Shown in pieces: positions 34,942 through 43,005 of a DNA stretch of 44,508 nt. The first letter of the stretch is position 1, and every line of letters begins with the position of its first letter. The notes under the pieces were generated by a model that was not told the DNA's origin, ran no database searches, and saw only the letters and a list, made by a program, of their open reading frames with translations. Location of the stretch: positions 1 to 44,508 of IMG/VR virus record IMGVR_UViG_3300036945_000596; one strand, 5' to 3'. The translations under genes were made by a program, and so were the position numbers. Source of the stretch: a virus (lineage: Duplodnaviria; Caudoviricetes).

Positions 34942-37439
34942 TAGCCTGCATCCACATGAGCGTCGAGGTTGAAAGAGCCTTGGGCATTCGCGCCGTTTAT
35001 AAAGACAATACGAGCGTAGCGGTAGGACAGGTGAACTGTAATGACCGACAAGACGTTGGCGGTCGTAGAGGCAAGTACAGCATCACGAAAAACCGTACCG
35101 TCTCGGCTAATCTGGATTTTGAAGCCGTTGGTTGCGCTTGGCTGGTCAGAGAACGCCAGAGCCGTAATGGTCTGGTAGATGTTCATCGTGTCGCCATAGT
35201 CCAGCGTCACACTAGTAAACGTGGCGTTTGCCGCCAATGCCGTTGAAGACAGTTGGTACTGAATGTTGACTGGGTAAGAGTACGGGTTCGACAACGCGCC
35301 GCCGTTGTACGTCAGGAATGACGACAAGCGGAAGTTGGTCTGCGCTGTTGGGCCATTTACAAAACGCAAGCGGTAGTAGCGCGTCGAGATTGGCACAGAA
35401 AACTGTTGCCAGTGGGCGTTTGATGGGATTGCTACAGCCAAAGCGTGATACCACACAGTAGGTGCTGTGGAAGTGGTCTCAGTGCCAAGGTCAAGATACA
35501 ACTGACCGGGCGTCAAACCAGCGGTATGGTTTACGCCAATGACGAGCTGTGCGTTCAACACAATGTTACTTGTGGTGCTCTGCGCAATGTTTTGTGCTGT
35601 GCCTGTGAAGACTGCGTTTGCCGCCAAGTTGGTGCTTGACTGTAGTGCGTAGATATTTTGCGATTGCGGGACTACGCCGCCAGATACACCGACAGAGCCA
35701 CCAAGCACGTTTACCGGAACGGCAGCGGCGGCGGCTCCTGTATTTTGCACCTCCACTCGCTCACGCACATAGTCAAAGATGCGGACAAACGAGATACGTG
35801 CATCGGTCCTTTTGATGACTGTGCCGCCGCAGTTGGTTAACGCCAAAGACCCCGGCAGGGTTGTGCTGCCGATTGGTTGCAAGCGAAGGGTTGTAGTGTT
35901 GGCTTCAACAACTTTGTACGAACCATCAACAGCAAGATCAGCGCCAGTTGCGTTGTCGCGCACACCGTAGACGTTTACATAATCGCCGATGGACCAAGTC
36001 CAGCTGACATTACCGATCAGGCGCAGCTCAGGGCCGTAGCCATTGGAAATAATCTCAGCAGACTGAGCCACTGTGGTGGTAAATGCGCCGGGGACGTTTG
36101 CGCCCTGTACGCGAGCCACCATGCCGCCGTAGCTCGTGGCTGTTGCAGAGGCACTAAATGACGCGGTGAATTGCGTTGAACTAATGACAGAAGCAACTTG
36201 AATTGTGCCAGTTGTTGCGTTAACAAAATTAGACTGGTCACGAATACCGTAGATGACAATAAAATCACCCGTGGTCAACCCATGCGCTGCTGCCGTAGTA
36301 ATTGTCGCTACAGCAGAGCCAGCTTTCACCGCCGACACGATCTTTGCATTCGGAACCGTCAAGCCTGCGTTGTTCGTAAAGCGGAACCGCAGCTTGTACT
36401 GCTTTGTTGAGTCCGGCACGACCTGCGTCTTTAACAAGCGAACCGTTGGCGCTCCGGTTGAATCAATTGCTACGTCTTGCCATTGCACTCGGTCAGCTTG
36501 AGCAATGAACCGGAATTCGCTTGAAGGCCAAAATGCGTATGTGTAGGCCGCAACCGCAGACTGGGCACTGACAGTTGAGGCAATGCCTATCGCATGGCTA
36601 GTTGCAACGGTTCCTGACGGAAGCACATCACCGCCAGCACCACGCACATATGCCGAGGCGTTGGTTGTAGATGTGTTTTCAAATATTTCCGATACGCCGT
36701 TTGGGGCATATCCCATCGCAGAGCGAAAATAGACTTTGCCTTGGTTTGTGTATGGGCCAACAGTCAGGGATGGGATTGTTCCGCTCACTTGAGTGGTGCA
36801 AGCAAAAGCCGTCCCGCTGTTGATGAACGCAACAACCAGCGATGCGTAGTTGAGGCGGCTGTCACTGGTTACACCATAGATGCCGATACGCGCACCCGGC
36901 ACCAGTCCGTGCGGCGTCGATGTGGTAATTGTCAGCGTAGTTGTCGCCTGTTGAATACTGGCGATAGTCAACTCAGCGCGAGGAGTCAAAGGCGTTTCGG
37001 TGCTGACCAGCTCCATTGCCAGCTCTTGGCCGATAACGCGCTGGGACATGTGCAGGCCAACAGCCGTTTCGCAAGGGAAGTCGTATGTGCCGATTGTCTC
37101 CAGCGTGGTAACGCTGTCCGCAGTCAGAGGGTCTTTGCTGATGACCAAGTACGAAGCAGATGCTGCGTTGCCATCGAGCTGCACAATGTCGCCGCTGCCA
37201 GTGGTCAGGTTCCAGTTGACGCCCGGCGTGAATGTCTCAAACGACTCGCGGAACTTGCCCGTGATGTTGGCCGGGACGACGGGAAGACCAGCGCCTTCTG
37301 CGGCCAGAGTGGCCTGGCCATCTGCGCCGTGCGCGAGCTTGACGATCTGGTAGTGCCGACCGGCGACCTCGTCCGTTGCGACGGCAGGATCTTCGACCGA
37401 GCCGGGGGCCACGGTGATGTTGTCGGCCATGTCAGGCAC
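34941..37439 (-). CDS. Large beta-rich virion appendage protein (head fibre / second adhesin, putative)
   Basis: 832 aa, Thr/Ser/Ala-rich, repeated TTxxxHGLxxG domains, lower GC; lies between the capsid and tail genes. Confidence 0.7.
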   Translation of the reverse strand: MPDMADNITVAPGSVEDPAVATDEVAGRHYQIVKLAHGADGQATLAAEGAGLPVVPANITGKFRESFETFTPGVNWNLTTGSGDIVQLDGNAASASYLVISKDPLTADSVTTLETIGTYDFPCETAVGLHMSQRVIGQELAMELVSTETPLTPRAELTIASIQQATTTLTITTSTPHGLVPGARIGIYGVTSDSRLNYASLVVAFINSGTAFACTTQVSGTIPSLTVGPYTNQGKVYFRSAMGYAPNGVSEIFENTSTTNASAYVRGAGGDVLPSGTVATSHAIGIASTVSAQSAVAAYTYAFWPSSEFRFIAQADRVQWQDVAIDSTGAPTVRLLKTQVVPDSTKQYKLRFRFTNNAGLTVPNAKIVSAVKAGSAVATITTAAAHGLTTGDFIVIYGIRDQSNFVNATTGTIQVASVISSTQFTASFSASATATSYGGMVARVQGANVPGAFTTTVAQSAEIISNGYGPELRLIGNVSWTWSIGDYVNVYGVRDNATGADLAVDGSYKVVEANTTTLRLQPIGSTTLPGSLALTNCGGTVIKRTDARISFVRIFDYVRERVEVQNTGAAAAAVPVNVLGGSVGVSGGVVPQSQNIYALQSSTNLAANAVFTGTAQNIAQSTTSNIVLNAQLVIGVNHTAGLTPGQLYLDLGTETTSTAPTVWYHALAVAIPSNAHWQQFSVPISTRYYRLRFVNGPTAQTNFRLSSFLTYNGGALSNPYSYPVNIQYQLSSTALAANATFTSVTLDYGDTMNIYQTITALAFSDQPSATNGFKIQISRDGTVFRDAVLASTTANVLSVITVHLSYRYARIVFINGANAQGSFNLDAHVDAG

Positions 37440-37441
37440 CT

Positions 37442-37798
37442 TTACACAGACTTGCGGCCCGACAAGACGACCTTGAGATTGGTGGTGCCGTCACCGCCGA
37501 ACACGCGGGGTTTGAGGTAGACAGGCAGCTCAGTGATTGCTTTGAGCGCGCCGGTCGTAAGGGTAAGCAAGTTGCCCTGCACATCGGTCAGGGCATGAAA
37601 TGTTTCGCCGTCGTTGGAGCCGCCAATCGTGACGGAGGCACCGCCGAAGGTGCCGGCCACCTGGATGGACCGGTCAGAGTAAACAGCGAGCCGCACGGGC
37701 TCGCCATCGTCATCAGCAGACAACCCGGCCCAGGTCGTGACCGCCACATCGAGACTGGTCTCGAAGGGGAAGGTCGTGACGGAGGGCCGGGTTGGCAT
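37442..37798 (-). CDS. Small beta-sandwich virion protein
   Basis: SIQVAGTFGGASVTIGGSNDG..F..L; located in the capsid cluster. Confidence 0.7.
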   Translation of the reverse strand: MPTRPSVTTFPFETSLDVAVTTWAGLSADDDGEPVRLAVYSDRSIQVAGTFGGASVTIGGSNDGETFHALTDVQGNLLTLTTGALKAITELPVYLKPRVFGGDGTTNLKVVLSGRKSV

Positions 37799-37804
37799 GG
37801 CTTA

Positions 37805-38014
37805 TCAGGCGATGTCGGTGGATGCTGCGGCCGGGGCCTTGGCGATTTCCGACAGAGTCTTCGGCACAGCTTTGGCGGGTGCCTTGGCAGGTGCCTTGAA
37901 CTCCTCGACTGCGACAAACCAAGAGCCCTTGGTGCCCGAAGGCACCTCGAACTCCTGGTCCTCGCGGATGCGAGCGCCACCGAAGAAGCCGGCTTGGAGG
38001 GCTTTAACCTTCAT
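37805..38014 (-). CDS. Small capsid-cluster protein
   Basis: MKVKALQAGFFGGARI...EFEV.....GSWF plus Ala/Lys/Pro tail. Confidence 0.7.
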   Translation of the reverse strand: MKVKALQAGFFGGARIREDQEFEVPSGTKGSWFVAVEEFKAPAKAPAKAVPKTLSEIAKAPAAASTDIA

Positions 38015-38032
38015 CGCTCAGTCTCTTCGGGC

Positions 38033-38479
38033 TTAGGCCTGGGCTGGAGCGGCGAAGGCCTTCCAGCTTGGCTCCAGAGGCGTCATGCCTGCGTTGACCT
38101 TGCCGGCGGTCAGCGCAGCAGTGCCGACGTTCTGCAAGATGCCCAGGTAGCGCTCGTACTGGCCTTTGGGCAACTTCACGTTGACCACGGTGTAGCCTGC
38201 GACCAGGGTGGCCTTGGGCACAGCGGCCGACTTGTAGTGCACGGTGGCGCTGCCGTCGACAGCGATCGCTGCCTGGGCATCGGAGACCAGCTGGAACTCC
38301 ACGGTGGCAGAGCCAGCGGAGGTGATAGCTGTGTCAACGGTCACGAACAGGTCGATGCCGTCCACTTCGTTGATGCCGTCGGTGCCGAGGTCGATCACGT
38401 CGCCAACCAAGGCCAGGCCGGTGGCTGCGGTGCTGAGCGCGGTGGCGTCAGCAAATTCAGAGCGTTCGTCGAGAATCAT
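38033..38479 (-). CDS. Capsid cement/decoration protein (Bbp16-like)
   Basis: MILD...F, VIDLG, RYL, LTAGKVNA; directly after the major capsid gene. Confidence 0.85.
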   Translation of the reverse strand: MILDERSEFADATALSTAATGLALVGDVIDLGTDGINEVDGIDLFVTVDTAITSAGSATVEFQLVSDAQAAIAVDGSATVHYKSAAVPKATLVAGYTVVNVKLPKGQYERYLGILQNVGTAALTAGKVNAGMTPLEPSWKAFAAPAQA

Positions 38480-38518
38480 GGAAATTTCCTTTCAAATGGG
38501 TTTTGCAGTAAGCAAGGC

Positions 38519-38534
38519 GGGGACCGAAGTCCCC
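38519..38534 (-). other. C(UUCG)G hairpin after the capsid gene (mRNA stabiliser or weak terminator)
   Basis: GGGGAC-TTCG-GTCCCC without a clear U-tract. Confidence 0.5.
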
Positions 38535-38542
38535 TACCCCAC

Positions 38543-39535
38543 TCAGACCACGCGGGCTTCGTTGTTCACCAAGGCGTCGGTGCGACGGACTGGGATGTCG
38601 TCGAACGTCATCACGCGCTTACCTTCCACGGTTTCCCAGGACAGGTTGCTGGCAGTCTTCTCCAAGATGCCGATGCGCAGCTTCTCGCGGATGGTGCGGT
38701 TGACGTACCAGCAGGCGCGGCCCTTGCCGAAGCTAGGGATGCGCTCAGAAGCCTGGATCATCCAGTTGATCAGGTTCTTGGTGTTGGCCACGGTGTCGAG
38801 GTCAGAGACGTCGATGTTGGGGATGCGCACGAAATAGCGCCAGTCGCGGATCGTCAGACCCATGTCGTGGCGGTAGTGCGTGCGATAGCCTTCCATACGG
38901 CCGCCGGCACCGTCGACGTTCTCGATGGTGACCTGGCCCTTGTCGGTCATCTGCAGGCCAGCTCGGCTGCCCTTGGGGTAGATGCCGAAGCCAGTCTGAG
39001 GACCCCACACGCACAGCCAGATGGATGTGTTGTCGGAGCCAGTGCCGCCAGCGTCGATGATGTTCGTGCTGTTGGATGCAGACTTGCTGTTGAAGCGAGG
39101 AGCCAAGCCGGTGAAGGCTTCGGGTTCGCTGCCTTCGTTGCCGTAGAACAACGTGCTGGCCATCTCCTGGCTCATGCCTTCGATGTGGGCAGCGTCTTCG
39201 CTCAAGCGGAAGGCGGCGGTGTTGCCGTTCAAGTCGGCCAGGGCCTTGTCGATCTCGGCGTAGGCTTCCAGCATGCCGCACGAATCGGTCACCTGAGCGG
39301 TGGTCGACTTGGTGGGCTGCACGCCACCGTACAGCTTGCGCCAGGTGGGAGTGGGCAGACCGGTGCGAACGGTGGTCTTGTTGCCGGTGGGCAGGTTACC
39401 TTCGATGAAGGTCATGTCCTGCAGGACGTCGTTGGTCTGCGCGAGCAGCTCAACGATGGTTGCGATGGAGCCATCGGGATCGGTGCGTTTTGCAACGTCC
39501 AACAGCGTGGGGTTGTTTGCGGCGAGAGTAGCCAT
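38543..39535 (-). CDS. Major capsid protein (Bbp17 / epsilon15-like)
   Basis: TLLD.AKR.DPDG, RTGLP...WR..Y.GV, FYG.....PE.FTGL..RF, RDWRY.VRI.NID, F..IPVRR.DA. Confidence 0.93.
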   Translation of the reverse strand: MATLAANNPTLLDVAKRTDPDGSIATIVELLAQTNDVLQDMTFIEGNLPTGNKTTVRTGLPTPTWRKLYGGVQPTKSTTAQVTDSCGMLEAYAEIDKALADLNGNTAAFRLSEDAAHIEGMSQEMASTLFYGNEGSEPEAFTGLAPRFNSKSASNSTNIIDAGGTGSDNTSIWLCVWGPQTGFGIYPKGSRAGLQMTDKGQVTIENVDGAGGRMEGYRTHYRHDMGLTIRDWRYFVRIPNIDVSDLDTVANTKNLINWMIQASERIPSFGKGRACWYVNRTIREKLRIGILEKTASNLSWETVEGKRVMTFDDIPVRRTDALVNNEARVV

Positions 39536-39548
39536 GGGGTTTTACCTT

Positions 39549-40151
39549 TCAGTTCAAGTTGGGGAACATTTTCTTCGCGGGGTCCGTGTCGGCACCTTTG
39601 GCGGAGCCGGCCACGAACCTGTCTTCACTGATAGCTTTGCCAGCTTTCACGAAGGCCTTGATCACTTCGGGGTGGTTGCCCAGTCCCGAGGCGTTCAACA
39701 CATCCCGAAGTTCAGGCGTGCCGAATGCGTCAAGCGCCTTGCGCGCGATGCCAAGGTTCTCTTCGAGTTTGTCGCCGCCGATGTCTTTGTCGGCTTTGAC
39801 GCTCTCGACCCAGGACTCCACCAGTCTGGTGTGCGCTTCAACTTGGCGCTGGGCTTGCTTTGCAGCAATGTCAGCGAGTTTTTGCGCAGCGGCCTGGTCG
39901 AGCTTGAGCTCCTTGGCGATCGTCGTGAACTCGTCGGCCGAGGCCTTGTCGAGTTCGATGCCCTCTGGCATCTGCAGCTCGTAGGACTCTGGCACCTGGG
40001 GCTCGGGAGCCTTGGTGGCGTCGGTCTTCGGATCTGCAGCGGCTGCGGGCGGTGTGCTCGCGGTCGTGCTGTCGGGCGCTGTCGTGCTATCAGTCTTCGG
40101 GTCCCCAGCGTCGTTGGAAGGTGTGCTGGTCACCGCAGTGGTGTCGGTCAT
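39549..40151 (-). CDS. Capsid scaffolding protein
   Basis: Low-complexity N-terminus, VPESY, GLGNHPE.IK.F...GK.ISED, ends MFPNLN; precedes the capsid gene. Confidence 0.85.
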   Translation of the reverse strand: MTDTTAVTSTPSNDAGDPKTDSTTAPDSTTASTPPAAAADPKTDATKAPEPQVPESYELQMPEGIELDKASADEFTTIAKELKLDQAAAQKLADIAAKQAQRQVEAHTRLVESWVESVKADKDIGGDKLEENLGIARKALDAFGTPELRDVLNASGLGNHPEVIKAFVKAGKAISEDRFVAGSAKGADTDPAKKMFPNLN

Positions 40152-40459
40152 CGTTGGCCTTGCTTCAATACTTTGAAATATCCCTCGGGCGACGCTTCGA
40201 GTAATTCCGCAGTGAGCCACAAGCCGATCTGTCGCTTGCCTTCATTGAAAGCCATCACTGACCCTGAATGATTGAAGGAGCTTCGGAAAATGCCTGTTTC
40301 GCTCAGCACGCGGTCTGCGATGCGGCGGCCTTGGGGGTGTGCCAATAACCAGCGGAGATCGTCTTCCTCGCGCCGACGGTGTTCACGCGCCTTGGCCTCT
40401 TCGGCTTCGGCGTCGTGCTCCTGGCGACGCAAGTCTGTCGGGTCTTCCTGTCTAGTCAT
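40148..40459 (-). CDS. Bbp19-like protein
   Basis: DLRWLL..PQGRR...R.L...G, MAFNEGKRQIGL. Confidence 0.85.
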   Translation of the reverse strand: MTRQEDPTDLRRQEHDAEAEEAKAREHRRREEDDLRWLLAHPQGRRIADRVLSETGIFRSSFNHSGSVMAFNEGKRQIGLWLTAELLEASPEGYFKVLKQGQR

Positions 40460-40465
40460 GCGCGC

Positions 40466-40497
40466 ACTGTAGTGGGCGCGTTTGACCTCACGGATAC
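40466..40497 (-). promoter_or_regulatory. Late promoter (scaffold/capsid operon)
   Basis: GTATCCGTG-17 bp-TACAGT. Confidence 0.7.
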
Positions 40498-40499
40498 GA

Positions 40500-41063
40500 T
40501 CAGATAGCAGAAGCGATTTCTTTGACGGTCAGCAGCAGCGAAGGCGACACGGGCTTGCCGGTTTCTGCGGCGTGGTACGCGATGGTGATGTCGGCTGTCT
40601 CACCGGCCCACATGATCTGCACGTAATCGCCTGCACTCAGTGCCAGCCAGAAGTTCTGCGAGGGGATCAGCGCTCCGGGAGATCCGCCGTGCGAGGAAGG
40701 CACGCTGTAAATGAACCGGCTGTTGGGGATGTCGGCACCGTTAAGCCGGCCCCACAGTTCAAACCTGTGGGCTTGACTGTCGGCGTTGTGGATGTGCGTC
40801 GACAGCTGGAACTCGTAAAGCCCGGCGCGATCGACGTAGATCTTGGAGTTGTCAACCCGGCTCACGCCCCGACTTAAAGCCTGGGTGCCGAACGTCATGG
40901 CCACCGCGCCAGAGCCGTCGGTCTGCGTGCTGATGTCGAAAAACAAACCCAAGCGCGGAGCCCGAGCAAAAAAGAACTCGCTGCCGTCTGGATCGCGCAC
41001 CCCGACGATGTCGTCGGTCGCGTCGTCGTACAGGAACGCGGAACCGTGGCGGAGTTTGGCCAT
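40500..41063 (-). CDS. C1q/TNF-like (BclA C-terminal-like) jelly-roll protein, putative virion decoration
   Basis: IYVDRAGLYEFQLS...LALSAGDYVQIMW pattern; lies between portal and Bbp19-like genes. Confidence 0.65.
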   Translation of the reverse strand: MAKLRHGSAFLYDDATDDIVGVRDPDGSEFFFARAPRLGLFFDISTQTDGSGAVAMTFGTQALSRGVSRVDNSKIYVDRAGLYEFQLSTHIHNADSQAHRFELWGRLNGADIPNSRFIYSVPSSHGGSPGALIPSQNFWLALSAGDYVQIMWAGETADITIAYHAAETGKPVSPSLLLTVKEIASAI

Positions 41064-41064
41064 G

Positions 41065-42753
41065 TCAGCTCATCGGCGCTGGGCTTACGTTGCTGTAACC
41101 CTGCAGCGAGGTGAGCACGTCCTGCAGATTGCCGGTGTCGATCTCGCTTGCAGTCTTCGCAGAGTCGACCACCTGCGGTGCGGTGGCAGCGGCCTGCTGC
41201 GCTTGCATGGCAGCAGCACGCTGCTGGCGCAGGGCTGCGACCGTGTCGTCGGGCACGATGATCTTCGGGTTGACGCCGTAGGCGTCGCCGTAGTCGTCGA
41301 CCACCTGGTCGAAGTCGATCTTGTCCAGGACCTCGGGCTTGATGGCGGCCATGTTGCCGATGGTGCCGAGCAGTCGGTCCATGCCCTGGGTGGCGACGGC
41401 GCGCTGTGCCTGGGCCAGCACGCTGATGAACTCGACGCTGAGCTCCATGCCCTCGAGCTCGGGTGGAGCCTCGGGCAGGATGCCGGCCTCGCGTGCGTAC
41501 TCGAACGTGATGTCGATCAGCGGGGACAGCAGCTCGTTGTGCAGACGCTCGAGCACGGGGCCCAGCATCAGCAGCTTCTCTTCGTGGCGCTCGGCGACCT
41601 CGGTGGCCGTGATGCCAGAGCGGTTGTCGTTGGCCAGCATCAGGAACAGGTCGGCGTAGTAGGCGCTGCGGATGCGCTCGCGCACGTCCTGGATGTCCAG
41701 CATCAGGTGCTGCAGGTTCAGGTTGACCTCGTAGGCCGACTTCACGCCGCCTTGCTGGCCAACGCTGTCGACGTAGAACACGCCGCCAGGCAGGCGAGCC
41801 TTGTGGGCTTCCTTGTACTTGGAGGGCACTTGCAGGGGTGGGTTGACCTGGTAGTCAATCGCCTGGCCCTTGCGCAGCTGCTGGTGCTGCAACTGCTTCA
41901 CATCGCCCAGGCACTCCATGCCGGGGCTGGTGCCGTAGACGTCGTTGCCTGTGACCACCCAGCGGGGGGCGAGGGCTGGGAATCGGTTGAAGCCCGACTC
42001 GGACAGGAACTTGTCGAAGTTGTCCTGGCCGGGCTCGATGTAGTAGCTGGCAAAGCGCTTGTTTGCGCCGTCGAGCTTGCGCACGTCGCGCTCACGGCGG
42101 GGCTCGACCAGGTGCACCACGTCGACCCAGGCGTCGTAAGAGCCCTTGTCGAACAGGTTGCGCACGGTGGTCGACAGGTTCTCCTTGCCGAACTGCATGG
42201 CCATCTGCTCGACGGTCATCTGGAACTCGCGCGCCAGCGTGTTGACGTTGCCCTTGGCGTCGGTGGCCAGGGCGTACTCGCCCACGGTCAGCGGGTAGTG
42301 GTGGACGACGTTGTCGAAGTCGGGCAGCAGCACGGACGTGCCGGTGCCGAACAGGCCCAGCTCTTCGTACAGCGAGTGCAGCGAGCGGTAGGTGTTGCTG
42401 GCAGCAAAGATCCCGCGCAGCAGGGACGCCACGTCGTGCAGCCAGGCCTTGACCGGGCCGGACTCCATGAGGTCCTTGTCTTTGATCTCGAGGCGGAACC
42501 ACGGACGCGCGGGGCTCGTGATGCCCGACATCAGGCCAGCGGCCAGCGTGCGAGCACCGAACACGGCGGTGTTGTCCAGGATGTGGTTGGCGCGCTTGTC
42601 GCCCTTGTTTCGGTCAGACGCGACAAAGCGCCCGGCGCGGGGCTGCTGGTAGTCGCTGATCTCACGCCAATGCGTGATCCAGCTCGAGCGCTCAGTCCAC
42701 AGCGCGCTCTTGCGCGCCAGGATGCGTTGTCGTCGGTTGACCGCCTGTTCCAT
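41065..42753 (-). CDS. Portal protein (head-tail connector, Bbp21-like)
   Basis: LAAGLMSGITSPARPWF, PRW.V...DVYG.SPG, TATEV.ERHEEK..MLGPVLERL. Confidence 0.93.
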   Translation of the reverse strand: MEQAVNRRQRILARKSALWTERSSWITHWREISDYQQPRAGRFVASDRNKGDKRANHILDNTAVFGARTLAAGLMSGITSPARPWFRLEIKDKDLMESGPVKAWLHDVASLLRGIFAASNTYRSLHSLYEELGLFGTGTSVLLPDFDNVVHHYPLTVGEYALATDAKGNVNTLAREFQMTVEQMAMQFGKENLSTTVRNLFDKGSYDAWVDVVHLVEPRRERDVRKLDGANKRFASYYIEPGQDNFDKFLSESGFNRFPALAPRWVVTGNDVYGTSPGMECLGDVKQLQHQQLRKGQAIDYQVNPPLQVPSKYKEAHKARLPGGVFYVDSVGQQGGVKSAYEVNLNLQHLMLDIQDVRERIRSAYYADLFLMLANDNRSGITATEVAERHEEKLLMLGPVLERLHNELLSPLIDITFEYAREAGILPEAPPELEGMELSVEFISVLAQAQRAVATQGMDRLLGTIGNMAAIKPEVLDKIDFDQVVDDYGDAYGVNPKIIVPDDTVAALRQQRAAAMQAQQAAATAPQVVDSAKTASEIDTGNLQDVLTSLQGYSNVSPAPMS

Positions 42754-42941
42754 TACTGGCCGAGGAGCGTGGCGCGACCAGTGGGCGCAGCAGCAGCACC
42801 GGAGGGACCGGTCAGCAGCGAGGGCGTGGCCATGCCGCCACGATTGCGCCGGGACTTGTTGGCCAGGTTGGCGCTGTCAGGCTGCTTGACGTCCTGAACA
42901 GGTGGAGGTGGTGGCGGAATATCTGGCGATGACATGCACAT
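42753..42941 (-). CDS. Small virion protein upstream of the portal
   Basis: MCMSSPDIPPPPPP...SLLTGPSG...TLLGQ; GGAG RBS; TAATG coupling to the portal. Confidence 0.75.
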   Translation of the reverse strand: MCMSSPDIPPPPPPVQDVKQPDSANLANKSRRNRGGMATPSLLTGPSGAAAAPTGRATLLGQ

Positions 42942-42965
42942 GAGGGTCTCCTGGGAGTTGCGGGC

Positions 42966-42997
42966 ATTGTGCTGCGCGCTCTTTGGAACACGGACAC
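42966..42997 (-). promoter_or_regulatory. Late promoter (portal operon)
   Basis: GTGTCCGTG-17 bp-CACAAT. Confidence 0.65.
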
Positions 42998-43005
42998 CCC
43001 AGCGA

